A DNA stretch of 64,000 bases from Eledone cirrhosa (GCA_964016885.1 OZ024765.1:12400001-12464000); one strand, 5' to 3'; numbered from the stretch's first letter, positions 1-13,039 are shown. A program made the numbers and translations. The notes: a model not told the origin generated them from the letters alone.

Positions 1-93
1 AAATAAAGTACCAGTAATGCACTGGGGTAATTGCTGGCCTTGTGCCTAAAGTAGAAACAATTAATATCATTAATGTGAGTATATATAGATATT

Positions 94-284
94 AATTGTT
101 TCTACTATTGGCACAAGGCCAGAAATTATACCAGTGTATTACTGGTACTTTATTTTATCGACCCCCGTAAGGATGAAAGGCAAAGTTAACCTCGGCGGGA
201 TTTGAACTCAGAATGGCAAGGGCCGTAACTCTATGCGTCAAAGCATGGCGTCTGACCCTCTACCGATACTGCCATTCCACCACC
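94..284 (-). mobile_element. tRNA-derived SINE family A (~190 bp)
   Basis: Pol III A/B-box-like head (tggcagtatcgg, gagttcaaatcc), conserved body gttaactttgcctttcatccttacggggtcgataaaataaagtaccagt; 15-bp direct repeat tatatagatattaat at 82-96 and 294-308. The 3' end of another copy (+) is at 1-62. Confidence 0.9.
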
Positions 285-601
285 ATTTACTTGTATATAG
301 ATATTAATGTCTATATACAAGTAAATAATTATATGAAAGAGGATATTGAAAGTTAAAATGCAGCACCAATTTGTACAAGATAAAATATCACAACTATTTA
401 ACTACCGAACCTTTTAAAATATTACATATAATGGGTTTATATTTACACACTCATTCAGTACTTCAGCACTCTCTCTATATATATATATGTATGTATAATG
501 CGGAAATTCCTATTTTGTAAATAAATGTTTTGATGTTATTCTGAGAGAGAATCCCTTTAGTATTTTCTACTGTTTTTTTTTCTTTTTTACTATTTATCTT
601 T

Positions 602-603
<2 letters not shown>

Positions 604-668
<65 letters not shown>

Positions 669-815
669 TCTCTCTCTCTCTGTTTTTCTCTGTCTCTATC
701 TTTCTATCTCTGCCTCTCTCGCTTCTCACTCTCAATCTCTCTGTTTCCTCTCTCTCTCTTCTCTCTGTCTCTCTCTCTTGCTCTCTCTACCCCCCCCCCC
801 CTTCTTCTCTCTCTG
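604..815. repeat. (CT)n microsatellite
   Basis: Direct reading. Confidence 0.95.
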
Positions 816-1027
816 TTTCAAACACATTCAGTCTATTTACTTATGATAAATTAAATAACTCTCATGTGTCAACATTCTCTCCATGAATTATATTCAAGTA
901 GGTGAAAGCCTTTGTAATGTTCAGAACAATTTCTTTTAAGAATATAAATAGTAAGAAATAGAATAGAGACAGATTCAATTGCAAAGCAAGGAAAAGTAAG
1001 AATGGAGATGACATATAAACAAAGTGA

Positions 1028-1326
1028 TCTCTCTAGTGTTAGAGCCATGATAAGATACACCCAGTGGACTCTGTAATGTAGTTCACAATTGAACAGAAAC
1101 AATGTAGGGTAGAGAAGCCTCTTTCAATTTGTCAAGGACAGGACATCCTCTCTAGTGTTGCGGCCATGATAAGATACACCCAGTGGACTCTGTAATGTGG
1201 TTCACAATTGAACAGAAACAATGTAGGGAAGAGAAGCCTCTTTCAATTTGTCAAGGACAGGACATCCTCTCTAGTGTTGCGGCCATGATAAGATACACCC
1301 AGTGGACTCTGTAATGTGGTTCACAT
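1028..1326. repeat. 119-bp tandem repeat, ~2.5 copies
   Basis: ggacatcctctctagtgttgcggccatgataag recurs at 1141 and 1260, with a further partial unit from ~1028. Confidence 0.9.
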
Positions 1327-1508
1327 TACTTCATTATATAGATGATCCCAACCACCACACCACCACCACTACTTCTTTCACCACACCCACCACCACCACC
1401 ACCACCACTATATGTCTCTCCACCACCAACACCACCACCACCACCACCTCATTATATAGGTGATCACAACCAATCCTCTCTAGTTTTATACATTACAAAA
1501 ACCATTTC

Positions 1509-1539
<31 letters not shown>

Positions 1540-2023
1540 GTATTAAGGATACTATTTATGGTTATGTATATACTAAAACTTTTTATAGTTATATATATTT
1601 TAAACCCTAAACAGTGAAAGACAGTAATTTATTACTACCTTTATCATACATAAAAAATACTTTACCAATACAACCCCCATAATACTCTTGATTGCCCGCT
1701 TAAAGTGCTTGTATTGCATATAACACCTTGCCACACATTAATCTTATATAAATAAGACACACGTGCATGCCCCACGTGTAACTATTGCATACACTAACTA
1801 CTTCAAACTATCTTCTTGCATTATCTTCGTAAACTGCTGATGTTGTATTTTAACTTTAATTTTGTTTTAATTTTGTTTTAATATGATTTTAATTTTTGAA
1901 TGTAAATTGCCATGCTAAAATATTACAATGGATGTCACCCCACTGTGCATCGATATATACATATGTTTCTGTATGTCTCTTGTGTTGGAAAGGAGGTCAT
2001 GTATGTAAACAATCATTGAAAAA

Positions 2024-2072
2024 TTGCTCCGAAGACTCCAAACCTCGGTTTGCACGAAACAATTGTAAGCTA
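2024..2072 (+). ncRNA. Degenerate minimal type-I hammerhead ribozyme (family H6) in a Penelope-like remnant
   Basis: gct-CCGAAGA (U4 to C)-stem II caaacc/ggtttg-GAAA-caattg palindrome-TA-agc; followed by aataaa and (TA)n. Confidence 0.55.
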
Positions 2073-2105
2073 ATAAATGGTTTGAACAGAACTTTGATTC
2101 ATGTA

Positions 2106-2142
<37 letters not shown>

Positions 2143-2386
2143 CCTCCTTATTAATAGATTAAACTTGGCAATGGGTGTCTTTTTCTTAAGTTATTATACA
2201 GAATTAAATCTTGTATGTCTTTCTCCCCTTTTTTCTGACAACTTACGCCATTACACACTAAAGTTTTCAGTTATATAACTACAAGAATCTGGCTGATAAT
2301 GTGGATTATATATACATACATATATATATATACATACATACATACATAAAATATTGAGTTTTATATTCGTATATACACACTCACTA

Positions 2387-2425
<39 letters not shown>

Positions 2426-2490
2426 CATACAACATACATATATATATATACATACATATGTGTATGTCTATATGTACACATACATATATA

Positions 2491-2572
2491 CAGGGTATGC
2501 CCCCAAAATATATATACACTTCAAAAGCATTCTAATAAATATTGCCTGTACATGTAATCAAAGTGTGTATAT
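2491..2572. mobile_element. Possible Tc1/mariner MITE remnant
   Basis: TA+cagggtatgccccaaaatatatatacact resembles a mariner-type TIR; partial inverse aaagtgtgtatat at 2560. Confidence 0.35.
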
Positions 2573-2716
2573 ATATATATATAAATAAATAACCTTTCAG
2601 TATGTGTGTATATATATATAAAACCTTTCAGTATGTATATATATATATAAAACCTTTCAGTATGTGTGTATATATATATACATATATATATATAACCTTT
2701 CAGTATGTATATATAC

Positions 2717-2763
<47 letters not shown>

Positions 2764-2768
2764 CATAC

Positions 2769-2799
<31 letters not shown>

Positions 2800-3320
2800 A
2801 TGCACACACATAATCATATATATATATATATATATATATTTCGAAAATATTCTTACTTGATATATATATATATTACACACACACACATATATACATATAT
2901 ATATAAATATATATATATATATACAGACATGCATATATGCATATATATACACAAATCTGCATATATGTACATAAATGTATTAGCATCTATGCTAAATATT
3001 CTCACAAGAATTTAGCCCAAAGAGACTTCATTATATTTTTTAGAATTTTCCAGAATAAATTTACAATTTCCTTATTCTAATTAGAAAATAGTAAATTTCT
3101 TTTGGAACTATTTAACCTAAAGAACACCCACATTATATATATATGGGTGTGTGTATATATATATACACACATATATACATATATATATATACACATGTAT
3201 ATATATATACATATACACACACACATATATATATACACACACATATATATATATATTTATATATATACACATATATATATATACATATATATATACACAC
3301 ATACACACATATATATATAT

Positions 3321-5271
3321 ACACCACCACCACCACCTCTACCATCACCATAAACACCACTACCTCTACCATCACCATAAACACCACCACCACCTCTACC
3401 ATCACCATAAACACCACCACCACCACCTCTACCATCACCATAAACACCACCACCACCACCTCCTCTACCATCACCATAAACACCACCACCACCTCTACCA
3501 TCACTATAAACACCACCACCATCACCACCTCTACCATCACCATAAACACCACCACCACCACCTCTACCATCACCATAAACACCACCACCACCACCTCTAC
3601 CATCACCATAAACACCACCACCACCTCTACCATCACCATAAACACCACCACCATCACCATCTCTACCATCACCATAAACACCACCACCACCACCTCTACC
3701 ATCACCATAAACACCACCACCACCACCTCTACCATCACCATAAACACCACCACCACCTCTACCATCACCATAAACACCACCACCATCACCACCTCTACCA
3801 TCACCATAAACACCACCACCACCACCTCTACCATCACCATAAACACCACCACCACCACCACCTCTACCATCATCATAAACACCACCACCACCACCACTAC
3901 CTTCATCATAAACACCACCACCACCTCCACCACCACCTTTACCATCACCATAAACACCACCACCACTTCCACCACCACCTCTACCATCACCATAAACACC
4001 ACCACCAGACCCCACCACCACCACCACCATCTCTACCATCACCATAAACACTACCACCAGACCCCACCACCACCACCACACCCCACCACCACCACCACCA
4101 CCATCTCTACCACCACCACCACCACACCCCACCACCACCACCACATTATCCTAACTATTGACATGATCCTACCATTCTCTACAAATACTTTCTGTAATCT
4201 TGTTACAATATATTATTATTATTATTATTATTATTATCAATATAATCGTTATTATCACCACCATCACCACCACCACCATCACTATCATCACCACCACCAC
4301 CACCACCACCATCATCATCACCATCACCACCATCACTATCATCACCATCATCGTAATCATCACCACCATCATCATCATGATTATCATCACCACCACCACC
4401 ACCATCACTATCACCACCATCACCACCAGCACCATCACTATCATCACCATCACCACCACCACCACCACCACCATCACTATCATCACCACCACCATCACTA
4501 TCATCACCATCATCACCATCATCATAATCATCACCACCATCATCATCATGATTATCATCACCACCATCACCACCACCACCATCACTATCATCACCACCAT
4601 CACCACCAGCACCATCACTATCATCACCATCACCACCACCACCATCACTATCACCACCATCACCACCATCACCACCACCACCATCACTATCATCACCACC
4701 ACCACCATCACTATCATCACCATCATCACCATCATCACTATCATCACCACCACCACCACCATCACTATCACCACCATCACCACCACCACCATCACTATCA
4801 TCACCATCATCACCATCACCACCACCACCATCACTATCACCACCATCACTATCACCACCATCACTATCATCACCATCACCACCACCACCATCACTATCAT
4901 CACTATCATCACTATCATCACCACCACCATCACTATCATCACTATCACCACCACCACCATCACTATCATCACCATCATTGCCATCACCATCATCGTAATC
5001 ATCACCACCATCATCATCATGATTATCATCACCACCATCACTATCATCATTGTTATTATCATCACCACCACCACCTTCACCACCACCACCACCTTCACCA
5101 CCACCACCACCACCACCTTCACCACCACCACCTTCACCACCACCACCACCATCACCACCACCACCATCACCACCACCTTCACCTTCACCACCACCACCTT
5201 CACCACCACCACCACCACCACCACCACCACCATCACCACCACCTTCACCACCACCGCCATCACCACCATCA
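3321..5271. repeat. (CAC/CAT)n-based VNTR and trinucleotide array
   Basis: ~27-33 bp unit aaac(acc)n tctaccatcaccat at 3321-4060; (cac/cat)n at 4250-5271. Confidence 0.95.
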
Positions 5272-5459
5272 TATAGATATTCACACCTTCCTTCGAAATC
5301 TAAACATCTAAATTAGCTTTTTCAAGCATAATTTCTATTTTCCTTATCAAATTCACTCACTGTATTGATAAAAATATAAATCAATAAATATGCTTGGATT
5401 TCTATTATATTGGTGTGTGTGTGTGTGTGAGAGAGAGTGTATGTGAGAGTGTATGTGTG

Positions 5460-5502
<43 letters not shown>

Positions 5503-5541
5503 TATTTTAATAAATGGAAACTATATTTATAAAACCATAAT

Positions 5542-5605
5542 TATTTTATTATATATATTTCAAGGGCGACCAATTCATCTTGGTGCTCTTTCATCAGATA
5601 AAATA
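5542..5605 (-). ncRNA. Minimal type-I hammerhead ribozyme (family H1)
   Basis: Minus strand: tattttat-CTGATGA-aagagcaccaagatgaattggtcgccctt-GAAA-tatata-TA-ataaaata; 8-bp stem I, paired stem II, palindromic stem III. Confidence 0.8.
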
Positions 5606-5658
5606 CAAAATACAACGAATTTTCAACCATCAAGGTTGTTTTCCATGGTTATGTCACT

Positions 5659-5720
5659 ATTTATCTGATGAAAGCGCACCAAGATTGGCTTGGTCGCTCT
5701 TGAAATATATATAATAAAAT
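5659..5720 (+). ncRNA. Minimal type-I hammerhead ribozyme (family H1)
   Basis: tttat-CTGATGA(5665)-aagcgcaccaagattggcttggtcgctctt-GAAA(5702)-tatata-TA-ataaa. Confidence 0.8.
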
Positions 5721-5957
5721 AATTATGGTTTTATAAATATAGTTTCCATTTATTAATATATCCAATATTTGTTCCAGTAAACTGTTGAGTGCTCTATATC
5801 AGTTATAAACTTTTAAGTTTGTTGGAATCCCAACAAATTAAATATAACTTCTACATATATATATATATATATGTTAAGTATTTCCGAAGAAAAAGGAAAG
5901 GATAAAAGAGTGCTCTATGTATAAAACAGAACTATTTAATTAGAAAGTAAACAACAC

Positions 5958-6235
5958 AAACGGCAAGATGGTTTGACCATTTTTCCATTCCGTGGTGGCA
6001 AACCTCTCGTCTGGGATGCCACTTACACCAACAATTTCTACAGCCGCAACCAGGCGTTGTCTGCGACTAACCCAGGTTCTGCTGTACGTCAGGCTGAGGA
6101 GGGCAAACTCTCCAAATACCGGTCGCTCTCCAACAGGTTTGCGGTCGTACCCTTGGCAGTGGAGACTTCTGGTGTCCTCGGCCCTAGGGCTACCTCTCTA
6201 CTCACCACCATAGGCACTGAGATGGCTACGCCTAG
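5958..6235 (+). pseudogene. CRE-clade-like non-LTR retrotransposon fragment, restriction-like (PD-D/ExK) endonuclease region
   Basis: KRQDGLTIFPFRGGKPLVWDAT...AE..KLSKY...VPLAVETSGVLGP matches the RPDGLT..W..GK.LVWD.T...K..KY...P.AVET.G..G pattern of CRE-type elements. Confidence 0.75.
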
Positions 6236-6531
6236 CAGTGGAGACTTCTGGTGTCCTCGGTCCTAGGGCTACCTCCCTACTCACCACCATAGGTGCTGAG
6301 ATGGCTACGCCTAGCAGTGGAGACTTCTGGTGTCCTCGGCCCTAGGGCTACCTCCCTACTCACCACCATAGGCACTGAGATGGCTACGCCTAGCAGTGGA
6401 GACTTCTGGTGTCCTCCGCCCTAGGGCTACCTCCCTACTCACCACCATAGATGCTGAGATGGCTACGCCTAGCAGTGGAGACTTCTGGTGTCCTCCGCCC
6501 TAGGGCTACCTCCCTACTCACCACCATAGGC
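6156..6531 (+). repeat. 80-bp tandem repeat (~4.7 copies) derived from the CRE-like coding sequence
   Basis: gcagtggagacttctggtgtcctcggccctagggctacc... recurs every 80 bp. Confidence 0.95.
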
Positions 6532-6532
6532 A

Positions 6533-6642
6533 TGAAATAAAGTGTCTTGCTCAAGGAAACAACACATCACCAGGTCCAAGAATTGAACTCACAACCTTTC
6601 GATTGCAAGCCCAATGCTCTAACCACTAAGCCTGCGCCTTCA
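6533..6642 (-). mobile_element. SINE family B, 5' part
   Basis: Reverse complement of tRNA-like head plus ttccttgagcaagacactttatttca. Confidence 0.85.
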
Positions 6643-6685
6643 CGTGCGTATATATATGCTTTGATAATGTCTACACAATATAACA

Positions 6686-6760
6686 ACTCCATTACCAAAG
6701 GTTTCAGGATCCCAGACAATGTTAACATATGTCTAGTTCGCTCATCAGATGTAATGGAGT
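6686..6760 (-). ncRNA. Type-I hammerhead ribozyme (family H3)
   Basis: Minus strand: actccattacat-CTGATGA-long stem II (agaca-t-atgttaacat-tgtct)-GAAA-cc ttt gg-TA-atggagt; GUA triplet. Confidence 0.75.
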
Positions 6761-6796
6761 ATTATATATAGTGTTGTTCACTTTCTAAAATATATA

Positions 6797-7492
6797 CATC
6801 ATCATCATCGTTTAATGTCTATCTTCCACGCTAATATGGGTTTAGACGGGAGTTGTCCCACTTGAGGCAAGGTTGGTCGGGTGACCATGTCTCGCTCGTA
6901 TAGGACTGTCTGGCAGGTTTTCTACGGCTGGATGCCCTTCCTAACACCAACCACATTTACAGTGTGGAACTGGGAGGTTTTTACCAAGTTACCTACACGG
7001 CCACATTACAGCGTGGACTGTGTGTTCTTTGTCGTGACACCTACACGATCTCGATCTCATTATCTCATTTATTTGAGGGCGGTGGATTGGCAGAATCGGT
7101 AGAGGTTCGGACGCCATGCTTTGACGCATAGAGTTACGGCCCTTGCCATTATGAGTTCAAATCTTGCCATGGTTAACTTTGCCTTTCATCCTTACGGGGG
7201 TCGATAAAATAAAGTACCAGTAATACACTGGGTAATTACTGGCCTTGTGCCAAAAGTAGAAACAATTATCTCATTTATTTGGACTGGATGTTGTGGTACA
7301 AACTTTACAGAGAGAGGGTGGTGTTAGTGGGAGTGGGAGGATAGGGTAGGGGTAGTGCATTGGGGTGTATATTTGGTTAAGAGGTGTCTACTGACAGTAG
7401 GTTTCACTTTGTACATTGGCAAGGCGAGTCTTCTGTATTACTGCGTGGCGCCAAAGATCTCAGTCCAGCGACATTGTCTTAGAGAGGTGTAA
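6797..7492 (-). mobile_element. Non-autonomous retroposon family C with RTE-type 3' tail, interrupted by a SINE A
   Basis: (gat)n tail and ggaagggcatccagc domain; related pieces at 31990-32175, 46845-47058, 47178-47455, 49555-49780. Confidence 0.7.
7077..7265 (+). mobile_element. Full-length SINE family A with 16-bp TSD
   Basis: TSD ttatctcatttatttg at 7060-7075 and 7266-7281. Confidence 0.92.
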
Positions 7493-7582
7493 GTATATAT
7501 ATATAGAGTTATGGCCCTTGCCATTCTGAGTTCAAATCCCGCCAAGGTTAACTTTGCCTTTCATCCTTATATATATATAAAA

Positions 7583-7730
7583 CATGTAACACAGTACAAC
7601 TTGTGCATGGTTGGGTCATCGGCGACTATACCGGCAACCCCACCAAGCTTGTTTGTTGAGGAGGGTGAATTTGGACACCCTGTGGGATGCAAAACAAAAC
7701 TCATGAAAAGACTGAACAACCATCCAATGA
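7583..7730 (+). mobile_element. Diverged 5' fragment of the ~500-bp retroposon seen at 36807 and 62958
   Basis: catgtaacacagtacaacttgtgcatggttgggtcatcggcgactataccggcaacc...ttggacaccctg. Confidence 0.75.
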
Positions 7731-8565
7731 AGTTCTTTTTTCTTTTTTTTTGTGTGAAATGAGAGGCCCCTAGTCTTCCTTAAGACATCTCTCTAGGAGG
7801 AGGTCACTCTGATATAAAACATGTGACTTTGTTTGCATCCAATGATGTAGACCAGTTCTTTTTGGGGGCAAATGAATTCGATGTTCTCTCTTTTCCCTCA
7901 CTCTCTCTCTCTCTCTCACACACTCTTTTTTTCTCCCCTCTCTATTTCTCCCCTCTCTCCCAGTGGTGGTGGAGGTCAATTGTCCTTCTCTCTCACACAC
8001 TCTCTCTCTTTTTCTCCCCTCTCTCTCTCTCTCTCTCTCTGCAAAAAAGTCTGCTGTGTTCAGACCCGGTGAAGCAGATGTGATGTGATGTGCTCCACTA
8101 GGTTTAAAATGCCCACTTTATGCCATATGTCATGTCACAAGGACACCTGCAATGACAACATCATGAGTCACAAGGTCCATACATACAATTATGTTATAGA
8201 TTTCATTACATCTAGTTATATCTGGTTATATCAAGTTATATCTGGTTATATCAAGTTATATCTGGTTATATCAAGTTATATCTGCTTGATGTTTTATTTT
8301 AACAGTTAGATCAAATAAAAAACCTTTGTTCAAAATAGCCATTCCAGCTGACAATTATATGCGCGATATGGTGTGAAATTACACCCTACAAAGCTAGCAT
8401 CTTCCATAGATATAACTTACACACACTAGCACTCCCAAGATACTCATTTTTTGTGATGAAAGGGTAACATACAAACAATGGCCATTATATATATAGATGT
8501 GTGTGTGTGTGTGTGTGTATACATACATATATATATACATACATATATATACATATACATACATA

Positions 8566-8609
<44 letters not shown>

Positions 8610-9243
8610 AGGGTGTTAAAGTTTGTTTTCCAGCTTCTACAGCCCACTATCTTTCACACACACACACACACTCACACATATACACACTTACACATATACA
8701 CACACAGTTACACACACATATATATTTACACACACATATTTTACGGCTTTCACACGCTAGCGCACCCTCTTGATTTAACCTATTTGGTCAGTAGCTTTTG
8801 CCACAGCCTATCACGCGCACGCGCATTCTTTCCCTCATTTAAATTTTCTCCCCATAACGGCATTCCTGTTTTAATGACATCACAACTTTCTCCGGCTTAG
8901 CCTGTTCCCCCCCTTTTTGGAACTTTTCCCCCGTTGATGGGCGTGAGCCCGAAATATTGGGATTAAATCTCCACTACGGTAACCCTTCTACCTTTGTTTT
9001 GTTTTTATCTTTGTCTCTCTCAACTTTCACTTTCTCCTATTTCTCCTATCTATCATTCACTTCCTACCTCGAGATTTCCCTCTGCATTGTTGGGGCTTTC
9101 TAAACTACGTATATATATGTATATATGTATGTGTGTATATATATATATATGTGTGTGTGTACATAGAAGCATATGAGTATGTATGTGTGTGTATATGTTT
9201 ATATATGTATATATATATATGAATGTATATATATATATAGATG

Positions 9244-9293
9244 AGATTCTACAGGACTAGAACTGTTTCATTCTTTAGAAATCATCAGGAATC
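9244..9293 (-). ncRNA. Type-I hammerhead ribozyme (family H2)
   Basis: Minus strand: gattc-CTGATGA-tttctaaagaat-GAAA-cag ttctagtc ctg-TA-gaatc. Confidence 0.8.
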
Positions 9294-9321
9294 CCTAAAG
9301 GGTTAAGAAATAATTAGTTAC

Positions 9322-9823
9322 TTAACCTTTTAATGTTCAAACCGGCCATAATTCTCTACCACTTCCTGTTGAAACTGGATGTAACTGGTCATTCAAACTG
9401 ATGTTAAAATAAATACTTTCAAAATCTCATAGATTTGATATTATGTGAGATAAAGCCTTTACCATGAAAATACAATAGTATATATAGAGTAATCATCATC
9501 ATCATCATTTCATTTTACGTCCACTTTTTCCCTGCTTGCAAGGGTGGGACGGGAACTGATTCTGGCTTGATTTCTACAGCTGGATGCCCTTCCTAACACC
9601 AACCTCATTTACAGTGAGTGCTGGGTGCTTTTTAGCCGTGGCACCTCCACGACCACTTTGCAGTGGAATGATAGGGATCTCAGTCCCTATCATCTCATTT
9701 CTACAGCTGAGTAAACTGGAGCAATGTGAAATAAAGTGTCTTGCTCAAGGACACAACACATCACCCGGTCTGAGAATTGAACTCACAACCTTTCGATTGC
9801 AGTAATGTGAATGCTAAAGGTTT
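9322..9823 (-). mobile_element. piggyBac-like TTAA MITE interrupted by a SINE B
   Basis: Left end ttaacctttt, right end aatgctaaagg; body is the reverse complement of the 19460-19680 MITE. Confidence 0.7.
9494..9800 (-). mobile_element. SINE family B (5'-truncated) with 6-bp TSD
   Basis: TSD agtaat at 9488-9493 and 9801-9806; RTE-type tail and (gat)n. Confidence 0.9.
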
Positions 9824-10264
9824 TGTAGCGACCCCTAGAGTAAAAATAAAGAGAATTAATTAGAGTTACTTCCCGTAGGCATAATAAATAGATGAGACTT
9901 GTTTCTTAACAGTTGAAAGTTTTCTTTAACTATAGAGTTTCTTCTTTTTTATTGTTTTTTCATGTACCTTTTTCATACCTTTGCTTTGATCCCAATTTCT
10001 TGCGGGGTCATTACAATTACCTTGGGGTTATTCACCTCTTGTCTGGAGGAGAGTATTGTAGCGACCCCTAGAGTCAAAAAAAGAGAATTAGAGTTACTTC
10101 CCGTATGCATAATAAATAGACGAGACTTGTGTTTCTCACTCTCTTATTCGCTGCCGGCCTCGTTCTGACGAGTAGCTCTCTATATCTTCTTTCTTATTGA
10201 ATTAGTGGTTGGTTACCAGCGGTATCTTCCGGAGAAGATTAAATCAATAAACCAATTCGCTAAA
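9824..10264 (+). mobile_element. Probable internally deleted or miniature LTR retroelement
   Basis: Two TGTAGCGACCCCTAGAG starts (9824, 10057); PPT ggaggagag at 10045-10053; end cgctaaa approximates cgctaca; flanks ggttt/ggtta. Confidence 0.5.
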
Positions 10265-10534
10265 GGTTAATATACTATTATATCATCTCTATTGCCCCTT
10301 TAGGCCCCAGTGTACCCCTGGACCTTCTCAATACCCTCTGAGGGATGGGGATGGGGTTAGCACCCACTTTTAGAAACTTGGTATAGAGGAACACTTCAGT
10401 ATCACAGAACCAGGAGCAATATCAGGCAATTTGGTATCAAAAGAGTTAAAATCCCTGAAGACATAGGAGAAGGACATTTATGTGTCATATATTTGCTCTC
10501 TAACTCTGATTCAATGTCTCCTTTCTTAGAGTCA

Positions 10535-10718
10535 TTGGCAGTATCAGTAGAGAGTCGGACACCATGCTTTGAAGCATAGAGTTACCTCCCTTTATGATCT
10601 GAGTTCAAATCCCGCTGAGGTTAACTTTGCCTTTCATCCTTACGGGGACAATAAAATAAAGTACCAGTCATGCACTGGTATAATTGCTGGCCTTGTGCCA
10701 AAAGTAGAAACAATTATT
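10535..10718 (+). mobile_element. SINE family A
   Basis: Matches the family A consensus. Confidence 0.9.
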
Positions 10719-11581
10719 ACTGTAGAATTTTATATTTAGAAAATAAATATTTATTTATTAGTGTAGGCAGCAGGAAATTATTGATTGATTTTCAGGTGAC
10801 ACAAAACTGTGTGTTTTTGTAATGAAAAATGAAATAAGAATATTGCTGAACTTTCAGGCATAGTAGATTACTAAGAAGAAATGTGTACAGCTATATAAAA
10901 GAAAAACACAAACAGATTTTATACTGACATTCTCAACCCACCTGTGTATGGATATTTAAATATGTGTGTGTGTACGTGTGTGTCTGTGTAATTATATATA
11001 TATATGTGTGTGTATGTATACGTGTGTCTGTATAATTATATATATATATATATATATATCAAGCGTTAACCTAATATATTCCTTCCTTTTACTGTACCGA
11101 TTGTGTTGTTATTTCTGTTTACCTTTTACATATGTGTGTGTGTGTAATAATTATATATATATATATGTATATATATGTTTATATATAATTATATATATAA
11201 ATATATTTATGTATATATGTAATTATATATATAAATATATTTATGTATATATGTAATTATATATATAAATATATTTATGTATATATATAATTATATGTAT
11301 ATATTTATGTATATATATACTTATATGTATATATATATATGTGTATATATAATTATATGTATATATATTTATGTATATATATATTTAATTATATATATAT
11401 ATATTTATGTATATATATAATTATATGTATATATATATGTGTGTATATATATATATCACATAAGAAACGAATAATCAGTGGTGCGACAAATAAAATTTAT
11501 TAGACATATTACTATCTATATATGTGTATGTATATTAATTATATGTATATATATAATTATATATATATATATGTGTATATG

Positions 11582-11626
<45 letters not shown>

Positions 11627-11849
11627 ATATATATTATATATATATAAATACATATGTATATATACATATATAATTACATGAATATATAATTACATAATTA
11701 TATATATATATAATTATATATACATATATATAATTACATATATATGTAATTATATACACATAATTATATACACACAAATAATATAATTATATAAGTATAT
11801 ACAATTATATATATATATGTATATATATTTATATATATGTATACGATAT

Positions 11850-12350
11850 TAACAAATGGAAACTATATTTATAAAACCATATTTATTTCATTATACATAT
11901 TTCAAGGACACCAAGTTAAATTATGGTGTGCTTTCATCAGATAAAATATAATATAGAGCAGTTTTATAAATAAATATTGACATACCCTTAAAGAATGCTC
12001 CGGGAGCTACCAACAGTAAGGGTTGCATTCTTTAAGGGTATGTCAATATTTATTTATAAAACTGCTCTGTATTATGTCGGACGCCATGCTTTCCAGCATA
12101 GTTACGTCCCTTTACGATCTGAGTTCAAATCCCGCCGAGGTTGACTTTGCCTTTCATCCTTACGGGGTCGATAAAATAAAGTACCAGTAATGCACTGGGT
12201 AATTGCTGGCCTTGTGCCTAAAGTAGAAACAATTATATTTTATCTGATGAAAGCACACCATAATTTAACAATTATTTGTTGAGTGCTTTATATCAGTTAT
12301 AAAAATATTTGCTTGTTGTATCCCAACAATTTAAATAGAACTTTTACATA
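11850..12350. mobile_element. Penelope-like inverted terminal fragment (H1 family) with an inserted SINE A (12076-12236)
   Basis: 11955-11998 is inverted at 12025-12069; hammerhead on the minus arm, truncated core at 12244 on the plus arm; homologous to 5505-5853. Confidence 0.7.
11884..11948 (-). ncRNA. Minimal type-I hammerhead ribozyme (family H1)
   Basis: Minus strand: tattttat-CTGATGA-aagcacacca...tggtgtcctt-GAAA-tatgta-TA-atgaaata. Confidence 0.75.
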
Positions 12351-12495
12351 TATATATGTATATATATTTATATATATATGTATATATACAATTATATATG
12401 TATTTATAATTATATATATATATGTATATATAATTATATGTATATGTTTATATATAATTATATATATATATAATTACATATATATATGTATATAT

Positions 12496-12530
<35 letters not shown>

Positions 12531-12554
12531 ATGTATATATATATGTATATAATA

Positions 12555-12877
12555 AAGGCACATGGCTTAGTGGTTAGAGCATTGGCCTTGCAATCAAAAG
12601 GTTTGATTGGACTTGTGATGCGCATGGAGGATGACCGATGGGTGAAGAGGTGCCAGGAAATGCCAGTAGAAGGAAGACGTGGTAGAGGTAGACCACGAAA
12701 AACATGGGTGGAGGTGGTGAGAACAGACCTCAGATCGCTGAAGCTCACGGTGGAGATGACGAAGGACCGTGACAAGTGGAGAGATGCTCTGCTGAATAAG
12801 ACCCGGCCCACCCTTGCAAGCAGGGAAAAGCGGACGTAAAATGATGATGATGATGATGATGATAATGATGATGATGA
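12555..12877 (+). mobile_element. SINE B tRNA head fused to an RTE LINE 3' end
   Basis: aggcacatggcttagtggttagagc... joined to VMRMEDDRWVKRC...GRPRKTW...DRDKWR and an (atg)n tail. Confidence 0.85.
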
Positions 12878-13039
12878 AACTGTACAGCATTGTAAAACAC
12901 AGCACAGCTAACACTTTCAACATAATCTCAGATTAAGTCACCTGTCAACCAAATCCATCTCCGAATTGCTGTCATCACAATATTCGTCACAGGTATTAAA
13001 ATACACCCTTGACAGGTGCAATGTGTCCGGACACGGAAG

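Larger units (their letters stand above)
5505..5853. mobile_element. Penelope-like element terminal fragment, head-to-head inverted pair
   Basis: 5505-5605 is the reverse complement of 5659-5757; each arm carries a hammerhead; flanked by (TA)n on both sides. Confidence 0.7.

Noticed and set aside
3133-5316. Long His/Thr/Val-rich ORFs (up to 722 aa)
   Set aside because: Open in several frames on both strands; a product of stop-free triplet and dinucleotide repeats
8925-8965. ccgttga-tgggcgtgagccc-gaaa hammerhead-like string
   Set aside because: Two core mismatches and no convincing stem III; may be a decayed copy but cannot be supported
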